This document shows, piece by piece, positions 20,131 to 35,100 of a stretch of 64,000 nt of DNA; the stretch's first letter is position 1, and every line of letters begins with the position of its first letter. The notes beneath the pieces are model-generated. The model was not told where the DNA came from. It searched no databases and worked only from the letters and a program-made list of their open reading frames with translations. The stretch comes from Diplonema japonicum (lineage: Eukaryota; Protista; Euglenozoa: Diplonemea). The stretch lies in contig OZ025699.1 in NCBI GenBank assembly GCA_964019335.1, positions 434,001-498,000 of the forward strand, read 5' to 3'. The position numbers and the translations under genes are program-made.

Positions 20131-23100
20131 ATGGGTACGAGTCGCAGCGTTGCGGTGCTGACCGCAGCGGTGGCAGCGTTCGCATGGACGGCTGAAGGGG
20201 TCGGGGTGACGGAGCCTTGCACGAAGCTCGCGACGAGCTACCACGTGAGGGTGAAAGACGCGGTCGATGCAGTGGCGCAGGTCGCAGCGAAGGCGGAAAG
20301 CCGCATCGGGAGCACAGCGCTGTCGCTCCTGGGCGGGGCGCAGACGGTATCGGAACTGGGGCTCCCGATCAAAAGCTTGAACTTCTCAACGGTAATGCAG
20401 GACCTGCTGCTCGGGGAGTCAGAGCTACTGATAGCAGACATATCTTCGGCGCTGGCAAAAAGCGACACGAAGGTAGGCTGCAGCAGGAACACGAAAACCG
20501 GGACGCTGCTTCTGTCGTTCGAAGTTGACAAGAAGGTGCCGGTGAGCTTCGGGGCAGACCTGGATACGCTCCCAGACCTGTCCTCCCTGGGGATCACGAC
20601 CTTCGGAGGCCCCTTGAGCTTCAGTGGGACAGCCGGGGTGCTCTTTAACCTCACGGTGAGTATGGAACCCGAAGCGAATGGCGCGGTCGGGATCTCGTTC
20701 CCAGTTGCGGAGGCCACATTCGACGGAACGGCAACCTTGGCGGCGACAACGATCAGCTGGAAGGACGTCGCGTCTGCGACGGTGGAAGGGAGCATCAGCG
20801 TGAGCGGGGGAAAGATCGGCTTCTTCTTCCCGAGTGCAACGGGGGGGACGGACCTCGTGAACAGGCTGGCAGAGGTACGCGTGAGCTCAAAGATGGCGGC
20901 TGTGGAGGCGCAGCTCCCGGTAGCCCTGGAGGCTGCAGCGCCCGTGGGGCAGCTCCCTTCGCCCATCTTCTCAGTTGTGGACGACAACGTGTTCGACTCC
21001 GCGAAGCCTCAGGTGTCGGTAGACGTGGACATCACCGGTATGGAGGAGACAATACTGGGGCTCTTGGAGCAGCTCGGAAAGGTCGACCTGCCCCTGAACG
21101 AATTCGGGCTGACAGGAGTAAACGTGCCGGGTCTGACAGACGTTTCGCAGCTGGTGAGCGGTTTCAATGCGCTGTTGCAGCTGCGCCCTGTGGCGGAGGA
21201 GTACTTCCTGCTGTACAGGGACGGTCTTGTGTCCGGGGTTCCCACCTTCAAGGGGCTCACTCAGTTCTTGAAGCAAGCGATCCCCGTGCCGCAGACCGAG
21301 ACCTCGATGTCCGCCTCGGGAGTGGTGCTGACGGGAGGGTGGTACCCAGATGCAAACGAAGTATCTATGAACGTGCGCTTAGAGGCATCTGCCGACAAGT
21401 CCCTCCTCAGCCTCACGGACATGGCGCAGGGGACAATCGGTGACATGGAGCAGTTGCAGGTTCTGTTTGATCTCCTCGGGGTGTCTTCTTCCCCCGACGG
21501 TGCGGCGATGTCCTTCGACGTTCCTGACTTCTCGACCGAGATGGTGTTCGAGGCCTCTGCGGTGATCGACGTGACGCTCGGGCTGAACACACAATTCATC
21601 AACGACGGGGTGCTCACCGGGAAGGCCCTTGCGCTGAACTCATTTATGCGGGTGAACGAGGTGAAGGCGTTTGTGAACATCGGGTTGGACCCGATCAACT
21701 TCGAAACACTGCTTCCTGGTGATGTGAAGCTCGGGCTGGACGGCGGGTTGTTCAAGGTGGGACTCGGTTTCGACGCGGACTTCTCTGGTTCACCTGCTGA
21801 CGACACGGGAAGCGTGGCAGATGACCCGACGAGCGCCCCGACGACAGATGTCGAGGTAGTGACGGAGATTACGCTTCTGCAGCTACAGGCAGGGGGCGCC
21901 ACCGCGGTCTTGGACTTTTTAAAGCAACTGAAGCTCGTCCCTTACGCAAGCATCGACACGGTGCTCCCGGTGGAGCTGACGACTGGCTTCACGGGGGACC
22001 AGAGCCTCATCCCCGTGGTGGAGCTGCACCACACGGCGCTCTTGAACAACGCGAGCCTCCCCTCTTTCTCCCTTGACATGGATCTCAGTATGCTGGTGCC
22101 GAGCCTGCCGCGTGGGAGGGGCGAGGTGACAGGGCACACGGGGAGCCGCACCGACTTCTTCAAAGACGTTACGGCACAGCTTGGCGAGCTTCTGAACGGA
22201 GTTGCAGACGTCGACATCCCGATTCCCTCGCTGTCGTCCATCCCCGGGGTGGGGAGCATCCTCTCAGGTTTCAAGGGGAAGGTGGACTTTTTCACCGTCT
22301 TTGACGAGTACGTGACGCTGCTGTCCTTGTTCCGAGAGCTGAACGGCGGTCTCTCCATGGACCTCACGATTGACACGACGGCAGCAACGGAGCTGATTAA
22401 AACAACAAAGTTCCAGCTCGACATCCTGGGGAAGATGAGCGAGACGATGCCTTCGATCTTCGGACGCTTCGACACGGGGCTGCTGGACCCTGACACCGAC
22501 GAGCTGTTTGACGTGCTGAACTACCTGAGCCACTTCCAGTACTACTACGAGCTAGCCCCTACCATTGCCTCTGCGGACAACAGCTGGGGGGTTGCGCACC
22601 TCGCGCGTTTCATGTCGTTGCACCCCGACTTCACTCTGTCGAAGAAGATGGCGCTCGCCTTGAAGAGGCTGTCGGGTGTCAACGGGTTTGATACCCTCGA
22701 CGAAGCGGGCTTTCCCATTGACGCCTCGCGTGTGCGCTTCAACCCTCTCACTTACCTCTCGGCGATTAAGGAGAAGCTTAAAATCACCACATCCACCTTC
22801 AACCTGAATGACCTGAGCGTGATCCTCGGATCGGCGACTGCATCCCTCGGAGACAACACAGGCTTCCAGCAGGCGATCTTCGACATGTTGTCCGCACGGT
22901 TCTCAAGTGTGTTCTCGCGCTTCTCCACTGTGAGTGGCACCTTCAACCTTCCGATGGACTCCCTCACGGGCGAAGTCTTCTCCTTCATGAACTTCCTACC
23001 CGAGGTGGGGACCTTGTTGGGGCTCGGGGAGGTTGGAGTAACTCTCGCGGATATCGAGGCCTTGTTCGGGCGCAACCCAACGGTGGCGGGCTTTGTGCGC

Positions 23101-26100
23101 TACCTGCAGAAGCGCCTCTTGAACGGGATGGAACTCGGGATCACGGTCGGGCCTGTTTCCTTTGACGCGGGGGTAACGATGCAAGGGGGCAGGACGAAGC
23201 TGGCGCTGGCGCTCGGACTTGACTTCGCTGCATCGGCAACCCCGTCGAAGCTCTTGGAGTCTCTGAAGGCCGCACTGACGGGGATTCTGGACCTCGTGGG
23301 CGCAGACAGCGTGGTGCAGTCTGTCGGGAACATCGGACAGGGGCTGGACAACATCCTCCCGGATCTCGACAGCGCGCTGACCTTGTCTGCCTCGATGCAG
23401 CTGAACATGGAAGCAGGGCTGGACGTGACGGATCTCATCAGCTCCGGGGCGGCCCCGACTGTATTCGCACAGGTGAACGGGCTGAGCTTCGCGGTGCAGG
23501 TTGCCCTCGTGGACTACGATGCGACGCTGGACTTCGGCTCTGATGACTTCAAGTTCGAGCTGAAGGCAGCGGACCTCGACCTCAGCTTCGGGGTTTCATC
23601 CAATGCAACGGAGGAGGCGCCTGCCGTGATCGTGGACGGGCAGAACGGCGTGGACTTCTCTCTTGGACCGCTGGTGAACTCGCTCACGATGAAAGGGAGC
23701 CTGGACGCAAGGGTGCCACTCACGGGGGGTATCCTCGGGAGCAACAGTGTGATCATTGAGGTGGCAGACCCGGCGCTCTTCGACTTGACGAGGCCGAAGT
23801 TCTCGGTAGACGTGACGATTCCGCGTGAGCTTGTGGCGGTGCTGCAGCAGGGACTCAGCACCGTGTCGACGGCGGCGGACACAGTGCGGGGGATCAGCGC
23901 CTTTGACGAGACGATTCCCTTGGTGAACAGGTCGCTGAACGGGCTGCTGAAGTCGGAGGGGCTGGGGCCTGACTGGGCGGATTTCCTGGATTGGAAGGGA
24001 CCTCTGGAGACGCTGCTGGAACAGTACCCGGACTGCGTATCTACGGAGGGAGCGGCTTGTCCCACCGCAAGAGAGCTCCTCGCCATCAACAAGGAGCACA
24101 TGCAGAACCTGACGAGGGTGGCGGTGGTGGCAGCGGAGGGGGTGCCCCCCTTCAGCATCGATGTCGGACAGGTTGGTGGAGAGTTCCAGATCGAGGTGGC
24201 GCTGAACGGGCGCTTCGAGATCGCGGTGACCCCGCCGATCGGGGAGCTTATCGACGAGGACGACTTCGAGTTCACGGGGACCGGTTTCTTGCAGGTGGGG
24301 ATCGACTTCTCTTTCGGGATGGGGCTGAAAGTGAACGCGTCGGCAGGGCTCTCTAAGGTTACATCGAGCGACATCTCCGTTGCGGTGAAGGACTTCAAGG
24401 CAACGATGGAAGTGATCGCGAACGTGGACGCTTCGGTGAAGGTAGGGATTCTGTCGGCGTCCGTGAGCGGCGGGAACGGGAACCTCACAGTCGGGTTCGA
24501 GGGGACTGTCGCGAATGGGGACTATGTCCCCCTCAATATGTTCGGAGGCTTCGTTGTGCAGAAGGCCGGGAGCCTGGACGCCTGCCTCCCTTTCACGGCA
24601 AGCATCGGTGGCGCAGACCTTGGGCAGATCGCAGGTGGGACAGGCGAGACCCCGCAGATCTGCGTGAGGGACGCGGAGGTGTTCGTAGCGCCGGGACCGA
24701 ACATCGAGGCAAAAAACATGGACAGGCTCTTCGACTTTAGGGGGTTCGGGCCGATGCAGGTTCTCGGTGTTCTCAGGGGGCTTGCCAACTTCCTTGGGGA
24801 GTTCCGCACCTCGCCTGTCTTCGACCTCCCTGTACCCCTCACGGACATTGACCTCGGAGACATCCTGGATTTCACGGACGAGTTCACCACAGCGCTCACG
24901 GCAAAGCTGGTGAAGCCCCAGCCCGCTGCCGACAGGCAGTCGTTGTCCATCTGCATCGGCGGGAACGCCTTCCTACCGGAGTGGAACGTCTCGGGAGGAA
25001 ACGACTCGCTCGCTTATTTGTCGAGTCTTGACCGGAAGGTTCTGGCGATCGCATTGAACCTCGGGGATGCAACGGTGGTGAGCCTGGACGAGTCGGCGCT
25101 GGCGGCGGCGGTTACAATCGACGAGGTTGTGATCTCTGTGAACCACTCGCTGTACCAAGCTGGTCTCCACAAGTCTGTGGAGGTAAACAAGGTGGTGGAC
25201 GGGGAGGGAGAGGCGATCGAGCTGTGCACGCTCGCGGCAGTGCAGGCAACGGACCTGGAGACCTTCGTAAGCCTGAAGAAGACCGGGAAGAATGCGTACA
25301 ACGACTCGGAGGAGGCCGGGGTCGTCTCTGTGCTGGGTATCGAGAACGGGGCGCTCGTGAGCGTGCCGCGTGTGCCCTCCTTCAGCAATGTCCCCGAGCT
25401 CGTGGAAGTGCTGGCGGTGGCACTGGGGCTGGACGAGTCTATCGTCTCGGTGACCTTCGACGCCTATGTGGACGAGCACGGCATAGTGGACAACAGCAAA
25501 CGAGAGCTGATGATCCACGCGCAGCTTCCGCTGGTGCTCCCGAGCCCTGCAGTGTCGCTGGCACTCGGTGCTGAGGTAGAACCTCTCTTGGAGGTGGACG
25601 CGAGCGCGGACTTCATCCTGGAGACGACGATGGACCTGAGCTTCGACTTCGGTGTGCGCCTCGGGGCTTCGGCTGGGAACCTGTCGGTACTGGGAACGCC
25701 GAGTGTCGGGGTCCTGAACTTCACAATTGAGGAGGCGCTGACCTTCGACGTTTTGATTGATAAGGTGGCGTACCCTGTCTCTCTCGCGAAGGAGACAGTC
25801 TTCATCGACGAGCTGGAAACAAATATCAGAGCAGTTTCCGCGCTCCTCGCGAGCCCGAAGAAGATCAAGGTGCTGACCTTCGGGGAGACCTTTTTGATCC
25901 AAACCTTCGGGGCGAAGAGGCTGGAGCTGAGAGTGTCGGAGGCGTTCGAGACCGCGACTGGCCTTGGGAACGAGCTTGTGAAGACGCAGCTTTTCGAGCC
26001 TGCGTTCAGGAACGTCGCCTTCAGCGGGGACGTGGCTCTCAAGGTGTCGGACCTCAGCATGTCGGCGACGTTTGCCGTGCTGGAGGCAGCGGCTTACGAC

Positions 26101-29100
26101 GGGAACGGTGAGATCAGTGCGCACCTGGAGGCGGCAATCGGGACAGACGGGAGGACCGTGACACTGCAGGAGATGAGGACGACGCTCCTGGAGGACCCGT
26201 TCGGCCTGATCTCTGCAAACGCAACGCTGAAGTGCAACCTGTCTGCCCCGGAGGTGATCGTTGGGGTGCCTAAGATCGGGTCCGTTTCGGCGGCAGTCGA
26301 AATCTACCTGAACCCCCCGTACAAGGTGAGCCTAGCCAAGGACTTTGCCCTCCCGAACGGGTCGAACTTTGTGATTGCCGTGGATGCCCCGGCGCTCCCC
26401 AACCTTTCAGACCTGCGGAACCTGAGCCTCTCAGAGATCGTGGGGCTGATTAGAACGGGGGTTGACATCGTGTTCGGATCGAACGACGTGCCCCAATCGA
26501 TCAGCGGGATCGTGGGGAGCACCGGGATCGCAGGACTCCTGGACAAGGAGATCCCGATCGCTGGCTTCACGGCAGGGGAAGTGATCACCGAGATCCAGCA
26601 GCTCCTGGCAGAGGTGGAGACAGTGCTCGCAGGTCTGGAGTCTGGGAACTTGAACGCGTTGGAGGACCTCATCGAAGGGGTGCTGAAGCTCCCGGACGAC
26701 AATCGGGACGACTGTTACAAGTCGTGCCTTTTGGAGTTCGAGTGGGACACCGTCGCGAATGCAATCATCACGAAGTTGAACTACGAGTTGTCAGCACCGG
26801 TGCTGGACCTGGCGTTTGAGCTGGACCTGGAGGACCTGATGAACCTCGCAGGGGTGGACATCGCAGCGGCGGGGCTAGATGGGCTGACCGACATGGTCGA
26901 TGTGAGTGGACAGGTGAGGATGGCCTTCAAAGGGAAGGCGAGGCTTGCCTTGGAAGTCGGGGCGACAATGACAAACCCCCCGCAGCTCTTCATTGGGGGC
27001 GGGACGGGGCTGTTTGTGGACGTATGGGCGAGCGCATCTGGGGAGCTGCAAGTGATGCTTGGGCCCTTCGAGTTTGGGATCGACCAGGCAGCAGTCTCCA
27101 TCGACGCCGACGGCGTGCCTGGGGTACAGTCTGCAAACCCCGCGACCTTCTCCTTTTCTTTGACAGACGGAGTGAACTACCCGCTGAGCTCCGGAGTCTC
27201 GAACATCATCGGCGGCTTCGGAGTGGAGCTGAGTGGGAAAGCGGGGGTCAGCCTGCAATTCAGCATCTTCCCAGACGAGCCACTCGCCTTCAGCATCCCG
27301 TCCCTCAGCAGCTTCATGCGGAGGACCCCCGAGACGAACCTGAGCAGCCTCGTTGTAATGAAGGGGAACGCGATCCAGAACCTCTTCGACACCCTCGGTA
27401 GCAAGTTCGCAGAAGTGAGCCCCATCAAGGTGCTGCTGACAGACAAGGAAGCGATGATCAACGGGTTGAACTCTATGCTGACGAAGATCAACCTGGCGAT
27501 AACTGGTGCAGAGGGCCTGTTGGGGGACCTCGCGATCCCGATGATTGGAGACAAGCTGCGGGAAGGGCTGGCGAGCAAGCTCATCTCGCGTTTCCAGGAC
27601 CAGCTCATCACGAAGGTCACGACCTTCATGAACGACGTTTCATGCCTCGGGGGCGAGGCGGAGTGCAAGGACAAGAACAACAACATGGCAACCTTCCTGG
27701 CGCAAGTCTTGCACACGTTGTTCAACACGGAAATGGAAATCCTGCTGGACGCTGAGACGGAGGAGAAGGCGGTGGACGAGCATGCGATCAAGATCAAGGT
27801 GCGGAAGGAAGACGGGACAGACATGACAGCGGACGTGTTGGACCCAGTGACGAGGATCTTGAACGACGACGCAGACCTGTCGGAGGCGGATGCGGTCGAG
27901 TGGAACGTGCTCCTCGGGACGACAGACGAGTTTACTGACGCCTTCGAGTTCGACCTTGGACTGGACGATAACATCCCGCTGGAGCTGAACATGTCGACAG
28001 GGGTGAGCCTTCTCATCGGCTGGAGATTCCGTCTGTTCTTCGGAATGTCTTTGACGCGCGGCTTCTATCTGAACGTGGAACACACAGAGGCAGAAGTGTT
28101 CGCCGGGCTCTCTTTCCCTGACCTGGAGATCAACGGGAAGCTGATTATCCTGGAGGCGGCGGTGAAGAACAGGCAAGATGCTACCAGGCTGTTCGGAAGC
28201 TTGTCAATCGACGTCGGGGACTTGGACGCGGACAACTACCTCACTTTCAAGGAAATCAAGTCTGGGGGTAAGAACCTCCTCAGCATGTCGTACGAGTTTG
28301 CAGCAACGATGGAGATGGACATGACCCTTGGTGTCGCGGGTGGTGCGGAAGGGATGCCACGGTTCAAAGCGGGGCTGTACACCTACCTCGGGGTGAGCGA
28401 CACGGTTTCTGCCAGCAAGGCCTCGTCCCAGTCTGGGGTGGGCCTCCCTTCGACAGTGCCGTCGAACTTCAAGGTGATCACGACCCCACCTGTGATGTCG
28501 GGTACCTTCCTCATCCTAGACGTGACCTTGGACCTCGGAAAGTTCGTCACGGAATTGCTGAACCCGATCTTCGGGAAGCTGAGCGGGCTCCTGAAGCCCC
28601 TGACGCCCATCCTGGACGCTCTGGGTAAGCCGCTCCCCGTGATCTCGGACATTGCGAAGCGCGACGTGTCATTGTTCGAGCTGCCAGAGATGCTGATCAA
28701 CGGGCTTCTCGGGTCTGGCGGGCCTGTGCGGGGTTATGTGACGGGGGTGCTAGACTACCTCACAGCGATCTCAGACATGATCGAGCTCATCAAGCTTATC
28801 ATCGAGGTTGTGGACGAGATTGCCACGAATCCGCCGGACAGCTTCAAGGTCGAATTCGGCGATTTTGAGATCGGGGGTGTCAACGGCTTCTCGAGGTACG
28901 CAGGGGTGCGGCCTGGGACCTTCGCGACGACGACGAGGTCGGCGGCGATCCTGGAGGACCTGGATGCGGTCCCCGCGTCGGCGACGAACCAGGGCTCGAA
29001 CAAGATGAAGAGGCTCCTGGCAAGCCTTACTGACTCTGGGAAGGTGTTCTACCTCCCCTTCCTGTCCGCGAGCGGTGTGATGAAGCTGATCACCGGGGAC

Positions 29101-32100
29101 GACGTCGACCTCTTCATCATCAACTCCCCGACCCTCGACATCGATGTGGTGGTGGACTTCTGGATCCCCTTGGGGCCGTGGATCACTATCGACATCTACG
29201 GGGCCTTCAGGTTCAAGGCGCACATCGCGGTAGGCTACGACACGTCCGGGATCAGAAGGGCAGTGGCGAGCAAGCCTTTCAACCCGCTCCTCGCGCTGGA
29301 CGGGTTCTTCATCAGCGACACGGACACCCCGGACGGAAAGGGAGTTGACGTCCCGGAGCTGTACAGCAAGGGTGTGCTGAAGCTCGGGGCAACCCTGAAC
29401 CTGCTTCTAGTGAGGGCGAGCGCGGAGGGGAGGTTTAGTTTCGAGGGCTCGGTCGACCTGTTCGACCCGAACGACGACGGGAAAATCCGCTTCAGCGAGA
29501 TCAAGAGCATCATTGAGAAAGGGTCCTTCCTCGACATCTTCAACATCAAGATCAAGATGTGCGCAGGGGCGACTTTGAAGATCGAGCTGTTCAACCCGTT
29601 TGTGAACTGGAAGTGCAAGTGGTTCTTCTGCTGGCCGCGCGGGAGGTGGGATACGAAATGGTCTTACACGAAGGACGTGTGCTTCCTCGAGATCGACACG
29701 ACCCCAGAGCCTCTTCCGATCCTCGCGCCGCAAGACCAATCAACGCTGAGGCTGAACGTGGGGCCAAACGCCGGGGAGAGGAAGTACCAGAACACGAAAG
29801 ACTTCGGGGAGTACATGACGGTGCGCCACGTCGACGGGACAAGCGGGTCGGAGTCGGTGGAGGTGCTGTTCGGGACGCCGCCTTCCGGGACGCAAGAGGA
29901 CAACCGTCTGCAGAGCGAATTCCAGGGGATCGGAACCTACGACGGGCAGGGCGGGCGCTTCGGCGACACCTTCCTACTGGTGAACCCGGTGGGCCGCGGA
30001 TCATTCTCGGGGGACTACGGGGCTGGAAAGGCGGCAGCAGACAACTCGAAGGACAGGCTCATATTCGACTGGGCAAGCTACGGGGACAAGCTCCCTGCGG
30101 GAACGATCGAGGCCGACAGAGTGACCGGCTTCGGCCTCGGCGCCGGGGGCGTCTCCTTCGATCACTTCGAGGAGGTGGTGTTCCGGTTCCCGGACCAGAC
30201 AGACACGATCACAGTGACGGGGTCCCCTGCAGGGGCGAAGACCTTCCTGTACCTGAACGGGGGGAGCGACCGTGTGTCGGTGACGCAGCAGACCGCTTTA
30301 GACGGGGAGCTCCACGTGGTCGGCGGGAACGGGCAAGACACTCTCGTGGTGCAGGTTCCGTCGAACGCAGGGAGCCAAACAGGCTCTCTCACGGAGAAGG
30401 AAGTGAAGGGACTCGGGATCCCCGGGCGCTTGTTCTATTCTGAAATGGAGCTGGTGATCGTGGATCTTGGGACCGGGGACGACCAGTTCGTGGTGGAGAG
30501 CACAGTAGCGGGGACCTCTGTCTCTGTGAAAGCGACGGGCGGGGCGGACACGATCACAGTCGGGGCTGGCACGGTGAACAACATCCGCTCGCCTCTGTCG
30601 GTGACGGGGGACCACGGGAAGACCAGCACAGTTGTTTTCGACGACACGGCAGACACCTCTGGGACGCAGAGGGGATACCTCACCGACGCCAACATGCAAG
30701 GGCTCGGCCTGTTTGGGGAGGGTGTGCTGTACAGCAGCTTCGGGAGCATGATCGTGAAGCTCTCGACGCAGAACAAGAATGTGTTCGAGGTGAGGGGGAC
30801 GCACTTTGGATCCGTGAAAGTGATGGGCGGGGACGAGGCGGACGAGCTCACGGTGAGCGCGATCAAGGGGCCAACCACAGTCCTGGGCGGCTCCGGAGCA
30901 GACACCCTTGCCATCCCCCTCACCTTGGAGGGAGACGTCCGCATCAACACAATCACGAGCAGTCTGACTCTGGACGGGCAGCTGGGGGATGACCACGTGT
31001 CGATCGGGATGGCTGGAACGGGGACCTCGAGGGTGACAGTGACAGACTCCGGTTTCTTCGACACGAACGGGAAGGAGAAGAACACGCTGGAGATCAACGG
31101 GACCCCTTTCGAAGACCAATTCTTGATCAGGTACAATTTCATCGCGCTCATCCACAACACCGGAGCGACGCGCTCTGCGGAGAGGATCGACATGGACCGC
31201 GGGATCAACAACGGGATCACAATCAACGGGCACGACGGGGCCGACACGTTCGCCTCTGACTCCACCTCTGGGATTATCACGCTGAACGGTGGTGCAGGAG
31301 ACGACCGATTCTTGGTGGGGCAGCTGTACAACGCGATCCGCGACTCGGTGCACATCCCAGGGATCGAAGACGTGTTCAACACAACGAGAACAACAGAGGG
31401 ATACCTGTCGGACGGGAACAATTTCCACCTGAATGCGAACGGGGAAGCGGGGGAGGACACGTTCGTCGTGATGAGGAACAAGGCAACACTCTCCCTGCGC
31501 GGCGGGGTCGGAAACGACCGCTTCACAGTGCGTGCCTTCGCGTTGTGGGACGCCGAAGACCAAACGAAGCCTGATCCGGAGATCCAGAAGACCGAGGTGG
31601 TGACAGACGAGGGGGACGACACCGTCTTCTACACGATCAACGCCCCCGTGTCCATCGACGGTGGGCCAGGCTTCGACACGCTGGTGGCGATCGGGACAGA
31701 CCTTCCAGACACCTTTGTGATCACGAGAGACGGGATCTACGGGGCGGGGCTCTACATCACCTTCACCGGAATCGAGAGCGTGGAGCTGACAACGCTGGCT
31801 GGAGACGACACGGTCTACGTGCTTTCAACTGCGGAGCAGGTGCAGACGAGTGTCTTCATGGGGCTCGGGAGCGATGCGATCTACGTGACCCCGAGTATGT
31901 CAGAGGCGGTGGACAGCAACGACCTGAAGGGCCACAGCGGGGTGATCAACCACCTCGTGACGAGCGCGGCCGACGCCGACTACAACAACCTGGAGGCGCA
32001 CGGGATCTCTGCAAACGTTGCAGATGATGAAGCTTCCGACATAGTCTTCAACACCCCCACCCTGATCACTCTGGAGGAAGGGGGCGCTGTGAGAAAGGCT

Positions 32101-35100
32101 GTTTACACAGCGAGGCTCACGAAACGCATCACCGCTGAAGTAACGGTTGGGGTTGTGGTTCCAAGCGCCCCTTCCCAGATCAAGAACGGCGCCAGCGTCA
32201 CGGTTTCCCCGGACTTCCTCGTCTTCTCCCCGGGCGCGAACTGGGACCAGCCACGAACTGTCACGGTGACGGTTGTGTCTTACGATAGGGCCGTGGAGGG
32301 GAACGAGGTGGTGTTCCTGGGGCACAACGTGGTGCAGCTGCCGGACAACAACAACGGATACGACACGCGGGTTGTGGAGGCGATGCCCGTGCGCATCATC
32401 GACCGTGACGAGAACGAGATCTACGTTGTGGAACCAGACAGCCACGGGCTGAAGATCTCGGAGACGGGTCTCGGGTCGATCGGGAAAAGCGTTACCTACG
32501 AGATCGTACTGAAACCTTGTCCTTTCCCCGTGTCGTCGAAGCCCGTGCAAATCGTCGCAGAGTACGACTCGGAGCAGGTGTCCGTGAGCCCAGCGAGCTT
32601 CTACCTTACTACCGCGACAGGATGCAGGCAGACAGTCACGGTGACCTCGGAGGATGACGGAAAAGTGGAGGGCTTCCACTACACCACGGTGCAGCACAAT
32701 GTGATTACAGAGAATCCAGTCTACAAGACAAAGTCTGTGGGCTACGTGAGCATCCAGATCCTGGACAACGAGGCCCCCGGGGTCGTGGTGCTGGAGTCGG
32801 AAGGCTCAACAAACGTGCTGGAGGGGGGCTACACAGACACCTATCTGGTGTACCTGACGATGGCTCCCGAAGGAGAGGTGACGGTGACGGCGGACGTCGC
32901 AAAGACCTACGCAAAGGTGTCTGCAGAGGAATCGAAGCAAGTTACCGTGTTGCCGGAGCAGCTCACCTTCACCTCCTCGGACTACTTCAAACCCCAGACG
33001 GTGACGGTGACAGCGATTGACGACTCCGAAGAGGACGACTCCACAATCAAGCAGTTCCCATCGCAGCCGGCACTTGCATATCAGATACAGGGGCCTTTGA
33101 CAGCGGGCGGCGGTGAGGCGCCCGAGGCGACGGGCCTCCTCGACCCGATCATGCTCCCCGACGAGACGGACGCAGCGTTCTTCCCCGGGATCGACAACCA
33201 GTGGCTGAACGTGGTAGAGTCGGAGCAGGTAGACACAATGGTGATCCAGAACACAGGTGGCTTCCTCCCAACCTTGACGACCCTCGTAGAGGGAAGAGTG
33301 ACCGGGATGGGGATGGGGGCAGACAGGAACCTAGCGGGGGAAATTATCCCTGGGGGCGTGACCTACATCGACATAGAGACGGTGGTGGTAAACCTCGGAG
33401 CTGCTGTGGACACGGTGATTGTGAACGGGACGCACACGGGCTCGACCTATCTGAACGCCGGGAAGTCGAAGGACAACATCACGGTGCTCGGGGTGGACGG
33501 CCCAACCTATGTGGTAGGCGGAGAAGGAGACGACGACATCACGGTCGGTGACGAGAACGGGCTCCTCGTGAACATCAACGACGTGGTTGCGGTTATTGGT
33601 GGCTCTGGGACGGATACCCTCACGGTAAGGAACGGTGGAGGCAACCCTGGGAACACTGCTGGTGTTCTAACGCAGTCGGACATCACGGGGCTCGGGATGA
33701 CGGCGGCACGCCCTGCGGGGTCGCTCGTGCTGCAGGAGCTTCGGGTGAAGGGAAGCGGTGGCTCCTTCGGGATCGAGTTCAGCTTCAATGCCACGACCTA
33801 CCCACTGACCTTCGCTGTGGGTGTCTCCGCCCAGGACATGGAGGACCAGCTGCAGGCAGCGATCTTACCCGTAGGGAAGAGGGACACCTGCGGGAAAGCA
33901 GGACGCAGCAGGTGCACGCAGGCCTTCAAGGTGGATAAGGTAGACGACGAGACCTATCTCGTGAAGTACCAAGGGGAAGTTGCAGGACCGACCACGGACA
34001 TCACCTCCCTGCGTTTGGACTTGTCAGGGGTGACCGGAGCTGAGCACGAGTATTTGGCAGGGGTGGACGTGAGCTCTCGGCCGCGCTTCTCGGGGGTGAC
34101 CTACGGCGAAGTGGAGTCGCTCGCGATCGACATGGGGGTGACAGCGAAGGATGTCTTGAACGTGAGGGGGACCTCGATACCTACCAGGGTGCGCACCTTT
34201 GGGGGAGACGACACTATCGCCATCAGCTCCGATGCTGGGCTGGCGGACTGGTTCGCAGCAGAAGCAGCGACGAGCCTGCAGGGGTGGATGAAGTACGTGG
34301 AGTCTCCGCTCGTGCTTGACATGGGTACAGGGTCGAACAGGCTCATGGTGTCCGACTCGAAGGGGGAAGCAAAGGCAAACGTGCGCCTCCTTGCGGGGTC
34401 CATCAGGAACCTCGCCCCTGCCGACATTAACTACCTCGGGAACTTCACCAGAGGGATCAGCTTCTGGCTGAGCGAGCACGACGACGTGGTTGCACTGGAG
34501 TCAACGACGGGAGCGGATGGAGAAACCCGGACCGTAACGACGGTGAACGCGGGGGCCGGAAAGGACACCATAACGGTGAGCCTGAAGGCAGGGAGCGACG
34601 GGTTCGCGGTCGTGCACGGCGAGGAAGGGAACGACGTGATCAACGCAACGGGGTCGTCTCTCCCGCTGCTGCTGCTGGGAGGAGCAGACGACGACAGGAT
34701 CCTCGCAGGGAGCAGCGACGACATCATCTTCGGAGACGACGGCTTCGTGCGCTACGGAGCGGCAGGATCGGGCTACATACTCGGGCACCCACACCTCGCG
34801 ACCGCGCCCCTCACCGGTGCCGTGGAACTTCCCTCAGTCGCCTTCACGGACCACTGCTCGGCTGGCGGGAACGATGAGATCATCTGCGTCGGTGCCTCTT
34901 CGGAAGTTGTGTTCGGCGGTCTCGGGAACGACAACATCACAACGGACTCCGGGCTGGACGTGGTTCTGGGAGACTTCGGGAGCGTGACCTACGACGAGCA
35001 GGGGAGGGTGAAGCAGGCTGCGACGACGTGTGCATCGATGGGCGGGAACGATATTCTAAAGACGCGGGCCTCGGACGACATCGCCCTCGGCGGGACCGGT